Assembly (NCBI GenBank): GCA_030447905.1
Contig: JAUJNZ010000001.1
Span: 305,466 to 369,465, forward strand
DNA from: Thermoleophilaceae bacterium
GTDB taxonomy: Bacteria; Actinomycetota; Thermoleophilia; Solirubrobacterales; Thermoleophilaceae
Length of the DNA stretch: 64,000 bases
Reading direction: 5' to 3'
This document shows, piece after piece, positions 19,958 through 27,525 of the stretch. Numbering within the stretch: the first letter of the stretch is position 1; each line of letters starts with the position of its first letter. The notes beneath the pieces are model-generated. The model saw only the letters and a program-made list of their open reading frames with translations. It searched no databases and had not been told where the DNA came from. The translations under genes and the position numbers were made by a program.

Positions 19958-21375
19958 CGCGGCGTCGCCCCCGCCTCGAGCCCGGCGAGGTCCCGACCGC
20001 CGTCGGGCGTGGCGTCGTCCCAACGGGCACCCGAGAGCGCCGCCACCGCCTCTTCTGCCGCGCTGATCCCGCTGCGCACCGCGCCCTCCATGGTGGCGGG
20101 CCACCCGGTGTCGGTCCAGGCTCCGGCGAGGACGAGGCCGGGCGCTCGCGTCCGCGGCCCGGTACGCAGGCGCGCGACCCCAGGCGCGGCGCGGAACGTC
20201 GCCGCCGGCTCACGGGTGGCAAAGAAGCGCTCCAGGCGGGCGTCGCGGGCTCCGGGGAAGAGCGCGGCTAGCGCAGGCAGGAAGCGCTCGCGCAGCGCAT
20301 CGCGGCGCATCGCGATCTCCTCGGTGGCGCCCGACAGGGAGACGGCGAGGTACTGGCCGCTCGCAAGCCCCGAGGACTCCGTGCGGTCGAAGACCCACTG
20401 GACCGGACTCCCCACCGCGGCGGCGAAGGGCAGATCCGTCACTGGGCGGTCGTAGACGACGTGCAGGTTCACGATCGGCGACTCGCCGAGCCGCTCGAGG
20501 CGACCGGGGTCGGCGAGCGCGCCGGCGGGCAGGAGGGCGCCCGCGCGTGCTGGCGGGACAGCCAGCACCACCGCGTCGGCGGCGATCGCACCCGCCGGCC
20601 CCGCTATCTCGTAGCCGCCCCGCCCGTCGCCTGCGATCCGCCCGGCGCGCCACCGCAGGCGTACGTCCACCCCGGCCGCGTACAGCGCCCGCCGCACCGG
20701 CTCGTCGTGCAGGTTCGAGAGGGGAGCGGCCGCATAGCCGATGTCGGCCGCGTCACGGTGCTCCAGGAGACCGACCTGGAAGACCTGCGCGGCGAGGGCG
20801 AGGCTGGCCTCTGAGGCCGGAAGGTTGAGGGTCGGCAGGGCGATCAGGTCCCAGAGCGCCTCGACCGCCGCGGCGCTTTCGCCCCGCTCGGCGAGCCAGT
20901 CGCCGAAAGTCGCGCAGTCGAGCGCGGGATCCTCCCGATCGAGGCGGGACAGAGCGAGCGCCGTGCGGGCACAGCGCGCGCGTTCGGATCGCGTCAGGTG
21001 GCGATAGCGGGCCAGCGACGCGCCCAGTTGGAGCGGAGCAGGCAGGGCGTTGCGCTCGAGGCGCGCAGCGCGACCCCCAGGGGCGAGCACGGTGAGCGAT
21101 AGTCGCCGCTGCAGGACAGCGGAATCCGCAGCGCCGACGCGCTCCAGAAAACCGCGGTAGGCGGTGCAGCAGCGCAGGAAGACATGCTGGCCGTTGTCGA
21201 TCCACGTTCCGTCGCGACGGAACGAGTAGGCCGCTCCGCCCAGACGCGGCCGTACCTCGAGCAGCGTGACCTCCGCCCCCGCGTCGGCGCAGGCGAGCGC
21301 CGCCGAGGCTCCGGCGAGCCCCCCGCCGACGACGGCGACACGGGAGCCGCTCGGGCGCTGGCTCAGAGGACTCAG
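19954..21375 (-). CDS. hpnE: Hydroxysqualene dehydroxylase (squalene-associated FAD-dependent desaturase)
   Basis: VAVVGGGLAGASAALACADAGAEVTLLEVRPRLGGAAYSF... follows hpnC-hpnD. There is no in-frame ATG/GTG/TTG before the FAD fold. A CTG at 21375 overlaps the hpnD TGA (CTGA). The start is uncertain. Confidence 0.75.
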   Translation of the reverse strand: MSPLSQRPSGSRVAVVGGGLAGASAALACADAGAEVTLLEVRPRLGGAAYSFRRDGTWIDNGQHVFLRCCTAYRGFLERVGAADSAVLQRRLSLTVLAPGGRAARLERNALPAPLQLGASLARYRHLTRSERARCARTALALSRLDREDPALDCATFGDWLAERGESAAAVEALWDLIALPTLNLPASEASLALAAQVFQVGLLEHRDAADIGYAAAPLSNLHDEPVRRALYAAGVDVRLRWRAGRIAGDGRGGYEIAGPAGAIAADAVVLAVPPARAGALLPAGALADPGRLERLGESPIVNLHVVYDRPVTDLPFAAAVGSPVQWVFDRTESSGLASGQYLAVSLSGATEEIAMRRDALRERFLPALAALFPGARDARLERFFATREPAATFRAAPGVARLRTGPRTRAPGLVLAGAWTDTGWPATMEGAVRSGISAAEEAVAALSGARWDDATPDGGRDLAGLEAGATPR

Positions 21376-22217
21376 AGCGGTACCAGGTTGCGGGCCGCGA
21401 CCAACGCCTTCTCCGACGCGGGGAGCGCGAGCCGGCCCTCCAGGACCGCCCCCGGACGGCGCTCGATGCGATCGAGGATGCGCCGATAGATGCCCGACAT
21501 CGCGCCAACGCACGCCCGGCTGCGGGCGTCGAGCATGGGCAGGAGCTCGAGACCCGTGGCAAACCAGGACCGAGCACGGTCGGCCTCGAAGCGCACCAGC
21601 GCCGCGAAGTTGTCCGGCGGAGCCGCCCTGAGCTCGAGCGAGCACCCGAAGCGCTCCAGATCTTCCTTCGGGAGGTAGACCCGGCCCCGCAACCCGTCCT
21701 CGCGGACGTCGCGAAGGATGTTCGTGAGCTGCATCGCGATCCCGAGGTCGTCGGCTCGGCCCGAGGCTCGGGGCCCGTCGCTCGCGCCGAAGACGGCCAC
21801 CGAGAGCCGCCCGATCGAGCCCGCCACCCGCCGGCAGTAGACCTCGAGCTCCTCGGCTCGGTGGTAGCACGTCTCGTGGACGTCCATGGTGACCCCGTCG
21901 ATCAGATCCCCGAACGCCGACACCGGAAGCGGAAAGCGCTCCCGTGCGTGGCCGAGAGCGGCGAGCACCGGATCGGACGAGTCGGGCCTCAGGGACGTGA
22001 GCTCGGCGCGGGCGAGCTCGAGCTGGCGCTCCTTCTCGTCGGGCGGAAGCGAGCCGTCGCCCACGTCGTCCACCCGCCGCGCAAAGGCGTAGATCGCGCA
22101 CATCGCCCGGCGCTTGGCCGGCGGGAGCAGGCGGATGCCGTAGTAGAAGTTCCCGGCCGCCCGGCGCGTGACCTCCTCGCACGACCGGTAGGCGGCCTCG
22201 GCCTCGACCGGGCTCAC
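21372..22217 (-). CDS. hpnD: Presqualene diphosphate synthase
   Basis: GTG at 22217 (GTGA with the hpnC stop). GNFYYGIRLLPPAKRRAMCAIYAFARRVDDVGD is the squalene/phytoene synthase fold of HpnD type. Confidence 0.8.
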   Translation of the reverse strand: MSPVEAEAAYRSCEEVTRRAAGNFYYGIRLLPPAKRRAMCAIYAFARRVDDVGDGSLPPDEKERQLELARAELTSLRPDSSDPVLAALGHARERFPLPVSAFGDLIDGVTMDVHETCYHRAEELEVYCRRVAGSIGRLSVAVFGASDGPRASGRADDLGIAMQLTNILRDVREDGLRGRVYLPKEDLERFGCSLELRAAPPDNFAALVRFEADRARSWFATGLELLPMLDARSRACVGAMSGIYRRILDRIERRPGAVLEGRLALPASEKALVAARNLVPL

Positions 22218-23077
22218 CTCGCCCGCGCTCGGCCGAGCGTCGCGAGCAGCGCACGACCGTGGTCGCGACGCGACGCCCGCGGAGGCCCGCCGAGCACGTC
22301 GTGGCCCGCCCGCTCGACGGCGTCGAGCGCGGCCCGGCCTCCGGCGACGAACGCCGCGACCGCGAGCGCCGGGCGGCCGCGCAGGGTGCGCACGAGCGGA
22401 AGCCCGTCGTCGAGCAGCGTGCGCGCCCGGTCGACCTCGAACGCGATCAGCGCCCGCAGCCGGCCGCTCGCCGGGGGCTTCGAGAGGTCGCTCTGGTCGC
22501 AGCCGAAGCCTCGCATGTCGGCGGCCGGAATATAGACCCGGCCGCGGGCCGCATCCTCGGCCACGTCCTGCCAGTGCTCGGTGAGCTGGAGCCCGCTGCA
22601 GATCGCATCGGAAAGGCGGAGGCGCTCGGGCGTCGCCGCGCCGAAGACATGGAGCACGAGGTGGCCGATGGGGTTGGCCGAGAGCTCGCAGTAGGCGAGG
22701 AGGTCGTCGATCGTCTCGTAGCTCTTGACCTGCTGATCCTGGCGGTTGGCGTCGATCAGCCGGCGGAAGGGCTCGGCGGGGATCCGGCATTCGCGGACGG
22801 TCGGCGCGAGGCGGCGTATGAGCGGATGGGTCGGGGAACCGGAGTAGACCTGCTCGAGCTCGTCATCGAGCCAGTCGAGCAGTTCGAGGCGGTCTCCTGC
22901 CGCCTCGTCGCCGGCGTCGTCGACCAGGCGAGCGAAGCCATAGAGGGCGAGTAGGTGCGAGCGCTCGCGCCGAGGGAGAAACCGGCTGGCCACCGGGAAG
23001 TTCTCCGAGCGCGCCTGGGCCATCACCTCCGCCGAGGTCGGTGCGCTCGACCCGGAGGTCGCAGACGGGCTCGCCAT
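22214..23077 (-). CDS. hpnC: Hydroxysqualene synthase
   Basis: ATG at 23077. ENFPVASRFLPRRERSHLLALYGFARLVDDAGDE is the HpnC-type signature. Alternative GTG at 23095. Confidence 0.8.
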   Translation of the reverse strand: MASPSATSGSSAPTSAEVMAQARSENFPVASRFLPRRERSHLLALYGFARLVDDAGDEAAGDRLELLDWLDDELEQVYSGSPTHPLIRRLAPTVRECRIPAEPFRRLIDANRQDQQVKSYETIDDLLAYCELSANPIGHLVLHVFGAATPERLRLSDAICSGLQLTEHWQDVAEDAARGRVYIPAADMRGFGCDQSDLSKPPASGRLRALIAFEVDRARTLLDDGLPLVRTLRGRPALAVAAFVAGGRAALDAVERAGHDVLGGPPRASRRDHGRALLATLGRARAR

Positions 23078-23129
23078 CGAGCCGCGCGCGCTCACGGCCC
23101 GCCTGGCCCGACGGTGGACCGCCCCGCCC

Positions 23130-23354
23130 TCACAGCAACGGTTCCTGGCCACTTGGCGTGGGTTCGGCCCCCATCGTCCGCGAGGCGCGATCGAGCTCGC
23201 CGCCGGCGCGTGCGGCGAGCTCGGCGCAACGCTCGACGAGCTCGGCCGCCTCGTCGGGATCGAGACCGCCGGCCCGCAGGCGCTCCGCCGCCTCCTCGAG
23301 CTCTGCGATCGACGCGTCGAGGGCACTCAACCGCTCCGGGCCCCATCCGGTCAC
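23130..23354 (-). CDS. xseB: Exodeoxyribonuclease VII small subunit
   Basis: 74 aa. LSALDASIAELEEAAERLRAGGLDPDEAAELVERCAELAARAGGELD has the XseB helical-hairpin pattern. GTG at 23354 overlaps the nusB TGA. Confidence 0.75.
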   Translation of the reverse strand: MTGWGPERLSALDASIAELEEAAERLRAGGLDPDEAAELVERCAELAARAGGELDRASRTMGAEPTPSGQEPLL

Positions 23355-23740
23355 CCTGCCGGCGCCTCCTCCGCGGCCCGGTGCGCCGCGGCGAGTACCC
23401 CGTTCACGAAGGCCGCCGCCTCGGCCGCGCACAGGTCCTTGGCCGCCTCGACGGCTTCGTCGATCGCCACCTCGGCGGGCACGTCGGGGCGGTGCTCGAG
23501 CTCGTACAGCCCAACTCGGAGAATGTTGCGCTCGAGCGGGGCGATCCGGTCCAGCGACCAGCCGATCGAGTGGCGCCGGATGGCCGCGTCAAGCTCCGCG
23601 CGGGTCTGCTCGACGCCCTCCACGAGCTCGCGCGTGAAGGCGGGGGCCTGCCGGTCGAGGAGCTCTGCCGCCGCCCGCTCGGTGATCTCGTGCTGATAGA
23701 GCGCGAAGACCGCCGCGCGGCGCTGATCGGAGCGGCGCAC
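23351..23740 (-). CDS. nusB: Transcription antitermination factor NusB
   Basis: GTG at 23740. RRAAVFALYQHE ... WSLDRIAPLERNILRVGLYEL ... AIDEAVEAAKDL ... FVNGVL. Confidence 0.9.
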   Translation of the reverse strand: MRRSDQRRAAVFALYQHEITERAAAELLDRQAPAFTRELVEGVEQTRAELDAAIRRHSIGWSLDRIAPLERNILRVGLYELEHRPDVPAEVAIDEAVEAAKDLCAAEAAAFVNGVLAAAHRAAEEAPAG

Positions 23741-23745
23741 CCGGC

Positions 23746-24306
23746 CTACGCGCGGGCGACGTACTCGCCCGACCGCGTATCGACCCTGATGCGGTCGCCG
23801 GCGTTGACGAACAGCGGTACCCGGACCGATACTCCCGACTCGAGCGTGGCCGGCTTGTCCCCGCCGCCCGAGGCGGTGTCGCCGCGCAGGCCGGGCTCGG
23901 TCTCGGTTACGGTCATCTCGACGGCGCTCGGGACCTGGACGTCGGCGGGCCGCTCGTCGACGTGGAGCACCTCGACCTCCTCGCTCGGCGCGATCCAGCG
24001 CAGGGCGGCGGCCACCTGCTCCTGGGGCAGGGCGAGCTGGTCGTAGCTCTCCAAGTCCATGAAGTGGGCATCCGATCCGTCGGCGTAGAGGAACTGCATC
24101 CTGCGCGCCTCGGTCCGGATGGGGCGGAACTTCTCGCCGGCGCGGAAGGTCCGGTCGATCACCGCCCCGTCCGCCTGGCGGCGGAGCTTGGTGCGCACGA
24201 ACGCACCGCCCTTGCCCGGCTTGACGTGCTGAAACTCGACGATCTTGAAGACCGTCCCGTCGACCTCGATGTGGGTGCCGTTCTTGAACTGGTTGGTGCT
24301 GATCAC
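23746..24306 (-). CDS. efp: Elongation factor P
   Basis: MISTNQFKNGTHIEVDGTVFKIVEFQHVKPGKGGAFVRTKLR. Confidence 0.95.
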   Translation of the reverse strand: MISTNQFKNGTHIEVDGTVFKIVEFQHVKPGKGGAFVRTKLRRQADGAVIDRTFRAGEKFRPIRTEARRMQFLYADGSDAHFMDLESYDQLALPQEQVAAALRWIAPSEEVEVLHVDERPADVQVPSAVEMTVTETEPGLRGDTASGGGDKPATLESGVSVRVPLFVNAGDRIRVDTRSGEYVARA

Positions 24307-24414
24307 GCGGCTCCAAGACTAGCTTCGAAGGCGACCTCTCGCTCGGGGCGGTAGCGGTTCTAACTTGTCGGAGCTGAGCGCGTGTAGGGTGCGCGACCCG
24401 CTGAGAGAACGCCG

Positions 24415-25944
24415 ATGTCCGAAGAAGCCCTGCAACGCTCCGCCCTGGATCAGGCCGCCCTCGTGCGGGCCGGCGAGTTGCCCTCACGTGAGCTCGTCGA
24501 GGCGTCGCTCGAGGCGATCGACCGCCTCGATGGCGAGCTGAACGCGTTCGTAACGCTCGCGCCGGAGCGAGCGCTCGCCGAGGCCGACGCGATCGGACCC
24601 GGCGACGACCGCGCGCTCGCCGGCGTCCCGATCGCCGTCAAGGACATCCTCGCGCTGACCGAGGGGATCCGCACCACGTTCGGCACCGCCGCGGTCGGCG
24701 ACTGGGTCCCGCCGTTCGACAGCGCGGTCGTGCGCCGGCTGCGCTCGGCCGGAGCGATCGTCGTCGGCAAGACCAACACGCCCGAGATGGGGATCCTCCC
24801 GGTGACCGAGCCTCATCGCTTCGGGCCGACCCGAAACCCGTGGGACACCGCTCGAACGCCCGGCGGCTCCTCTGGCGGGAGCGCGGCCGCAGTCGCCGCC
24901 GGGATGGTCTCGCTCGGGCACGGAAACGACGGCGGGGGCTCGCTGCGCATCCCCGCCGCCTGCTGCGGGCTCGTCGGCCACAAGCCGAGTCGCGGCCGGG
25001 TCTCGACCGCGCCCGGTTCCGGCGACGTGATCGGCCTGGTCTCTGACGGCGTGCTCACGCGAACGGTGGCCGACACCGCGCTCGCGCTCGACATCCTGTC
25101 CGGCTACGAGCCGGGCGATCCCTTCCTCGCCCCCGCTCCCGCCATGCCCTTCGCGCGCGCCGCCGAGCGGGATCCGCGGTCGCTGCGGGTCGGAATCGTG
25201 ACCGAGGCTCCGCTCGACTTCCCGCTCGATCTCGAGCACGCCGAGGCTGTCCACGAGGCGGCAAGGCTGCTGCAGTCGCTCGGGCACGAAGTCGAGCGGG
25301 TCGGATTCCCGGTCGAAGATCCCGCCACCTTCCTGGCCAACTTCCTCCGCGTATGGGTCGCGGGCGTGGCCGGAAGCATCAAGACCCTCGGCACCGTCGT
25401 CGGCGGCGAGCTCGACCGCGGCCGCCTCGAGCCGCTGACGCGCCAGATGGTCGAGGCCGGGGAGGCCACCAGCGCGGTCGACTACGTCGCCTCGGTCGCC
25501 TACCTGCGCGTGGCCTCTCGCGGAATGCTGAGGTTCTGGACCGACCACGACGTGCTCGTCACGCCCACGCTCGCCCAGCCCCCCCTCGAGATCGGGGCGC
25601 TCGAGCCGGCCGAGGGCGAGGAGCCGATGGCCATGCTCGGCAAGTCGAGCGGCTTTGTCCCCTTCCCCCCGCCGATCAACGTCACCGGCCAACCCGCGAT
25701 CTCGCTGCCCCTCCACCAGTCCGGCGCCGGCCTGCCCGTCGGCGTCCACCTCGTCGGCCCGCCCGGCGACGACGAGCTGCTGATCTCGCTCGCCGGTCAG
25801 CTCGAGCGCGCGCGACCGTGGTCGGAGCGCCGGCCGGCGCTCACCGCCGCCGCCCTGAGCCAAGCCCGGCTCAGCCGCCCGGAGCGGGACGCACGGCCAG
25901 CGTCACCCGCGAGACCGCGCACAGGCGGCCCTCGTCGTCTGTGA
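24415..25944 (+). CDS. Amidase-signature family amidase
   Basis: GVPIAVKD (catalytic Lys) and GGSSGGSAAAVAAG. The low-complexity C-terminal tail overlaps the convergent thioesterase gene. Confidence 0.85.
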   Translation: MSEEALQRSALDQAALVRAGELPSRELVEASLEAIDRLDGELNAFVTLAPERALAEADAIGPGDDRALAGVPIAVKDILALTEGIRTTFGTAAVGDWVPPFDSAVVRRLRSAGAIVVGKTNTPEMGILPVTEPHRFGPTRNPWDTARTPGGSSGGSAAAVAAGMVSLGHGNDGGGSLRIPAACCGLVGHKPSRGRVSTAPGSGDVIGLVSDGVLTRTVADTALALDILSGYEPGDPFLAPAPAMPFARAAERDPRSLRVGIVTEAPLDFPLDLEHAEAVHEAARLLQSLGHEVERVGFPVEDPATFLANFLRVWVAGVAGSIKTLGTVVGGELDRGRLEPLTRQMVEAGEATSAVDYVASVAYLRVASRGMLRFWTDHDVLVTPTLAQPPLEIGALEPAEGEEPMAMLGKSSGFVPFPPPINVTGQPAISLPLHQSGAGLPVGVHLVGPPGDDELLISLAGQLERARPWSERRPALTAAALSQARLSRPERDARPASPARPRTGGPRRL

Positions 25945-26281
25945 AGTCGACGTCCCACAACCACGTGGTCCGGCCGTGGTGGCGCCGGCGGCCCTCGGCG
26001 TGCACGGTGCCGTCGAGGACGGGGCGCAGGAAGCTCGTGTGGTTGGACAGGCCGACGGCGATCAGGCCGTTCGAGGCGACGGCCTCGTAGGTGGCGGCCG
26101 ACGCCAGCGACTCGGCGAAGGCGGCGAACGCACCCCCGTGCACGAGGCCCAGAGGCTGCTTGACCCGGTCAGCGGCGGAGAAGCGGCCGGTCGCTCGCTC
26201 GGGACCGAGCTCGAGCAGCTCGAAGCCGAGCGTTGCGATCAGCGTGTCATCGGGGGCGACCGCTGGCGGCGACGGCGACAC
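25871..26281 (-). CDS. PaaI-family hotdog-fold thioesterase
   Basis: GFELLELGPERATGRF...NPLGLVHGG-like LGLVHGGAFAAFAESL ... HHGRTTWLWDVDFTDDEGRLCAVSRVTLAV. GTG 26281 is preferred over 26335, which would overlap the divergent gene. Confidence 0.8.
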   Translation of the reverse strand: MSPSPPAVAPDDTLIATLGFELLELGPERATGRFSAADRVKQPLGLVHGGAFAAFAESLASAATYEAVASNGLIAVGLSNHTSFLRPVLDGTVHAEGRRRHHGRTTWLWDVDFTDDEGRLCAVSRVTLAVRPAPGG

Positions 26282-26307
26282 GCGAGGAGGGTACCCTTTG
26301 GGCCCCG

Positions 26308-27525
26308 ATGGCCACCCTCGACTCCCTCGAGCCACAGCGACGGGCGATCATCGAGCTCCTCCTGGGTCAGGGGAAGGGCTACGACGAGCTTGCGGAGATG
26401 CTCGACACGCCCTCTGAGCGGGTCCGCGAGCTCGCCCTGGAGGCGCTCGTCTCGCTGGCGCCCGGCCGGGCCCGGCGAGTCGACGACGACTGGCGCGCCC
26501 AGGTCGCCGACTACGTGCTCGGCGAGCAGGCGGGTCCGGATGCGCGGGCGACCCGCGGCCACCTCAAGCGCTCGGAGCCGGCCCGCCTGTGGGTCTCCTC
26601 GCTGGTCGACTCGCTCGACCACCTCTACGGCGACGGTCCCCGCCCCGACGTCCCCGAGCCCGACGGTCGCGGTGGCGCCCGACCGCCTCGGGAAGCGGTC
26701 GGCCGGCGGGCCGCGGTACCGGCGTGGGCGCCACCTGCCACGACGGCTGGTGGGGAGCGCAGACGCGGCCAGAGCGAGGACGGCGATGGGCAGGAGATCG
26801 AGGCCGACGTGGGGACGGCGACGGCCCACGAGCCATCGGCGGCGGGCGGGTCCGTCGCCGCACCCGCCGTCGCCCCGACCCCGGGGCCCACCACTGCGCC
26901 ACCGGGTTGGGAGGGCCAGCGAACCCGCGGGCGCTCCTCCGGGCGCCGGGCGGCCGTCCGGCGCCGGCGGCTCATGGGAGGCGCGCTGGCAGCCGCCGCG
27001 GTCGTGGCGGCGCTCGTGCTGGCGCTCGCCCTGACCGGCGGCGGCGAGGAGCAGGACAAGGGAGGTTCGCAGCCCGCCGAGAGCCAGGGCGATCAAGCGC
27101 AGATAAGGCTCCTGGGCCAGGGCCAGCTCGCGAACGTCGGCGACGGCGATGCGCAGGGCGTCGCCGTGATCGCCGAGCGCGGCGGCCAGACCCAGCTGCT
27201 CGTTCAGGCCCGCGGGCTCAAGCCGAGCGGTCGCCGGGGGGCCTACGAGGTCTGGCTGTACAACTCCCGGCGCGACGCCGTCTCGCTCGGAGGCCAGGTG
27301 GCGGACGGGAGCGGGAGGCTCCAAGGGGCGGGCCCGTTGCCGTCGAGCTTCCGCAGCTACCGCCTAATCGACATCTCCCGCGAGAAGATCGACCGCAACG
27401 CGGGGCACTCGGGCGACTCCGTCCTGCGGGTGCCGGTCTCAGACGTACTGCGCGGGGCCGCCGCCGCGGGCGCCGGAGACGCCGGGGGCGCGGGCGCCGC
27501 CCCTGGCGGCGGGGCGGCACCCTAG
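26308..27525 (+). CDS. Single-pass membrane protein: N-terminal sigma-70 region-4-like HTH, low-complexity linker, TM helix, C-terminal RskA-like (anti-sigma-K) extracytoplasmic domain
   Basis: ATG at 26308. LEPQRRAIIELLLGQGKGYDELAEMLDTPSERVRELALEAL resembles ECF sigma region 4. TM helix LMGGALAAAAVVAALVLALALTGG. C-terminus GAYEVWLYNSRRDAVSLGGQ...YRLIDISRE is RskA_C-like. Confidence 0.6.
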   Translation: MATLDSLEPQRRAIIELLLGQGKGYDELAEMLDTPSERVRELALEALVSLAPGRARRVDDDWRAQVADYVLGEQAGPDARATRGHLKRSEPARLWVSSLVDSLDHLYGDGPRPDVPEPDGRGGARPPREAVGRRAAVPAWAPPATTAGGERRRGQSEDGDGQEIEADVGTATAHEPSAAGGSVAAPAVAPTPGPTTAPPGWEGQRTRGRSSGRRAAVRRRRLMGGALAAAAVVAALVLALALTGGGEEQDKGGSQPAESQGDQAQIRLLGQGQLANVGDGDAQGVAVIAERGGQTQLLVQARGLKPSGRRGAYEVWLYNSRRDAVSLGGQVADGSGRLQGAGPLPSSFRSYRLIDISREKIDRNAGHSGDSVLRVPVSDVLRGAAAAGAGDAGGAGAAPGGGAAP

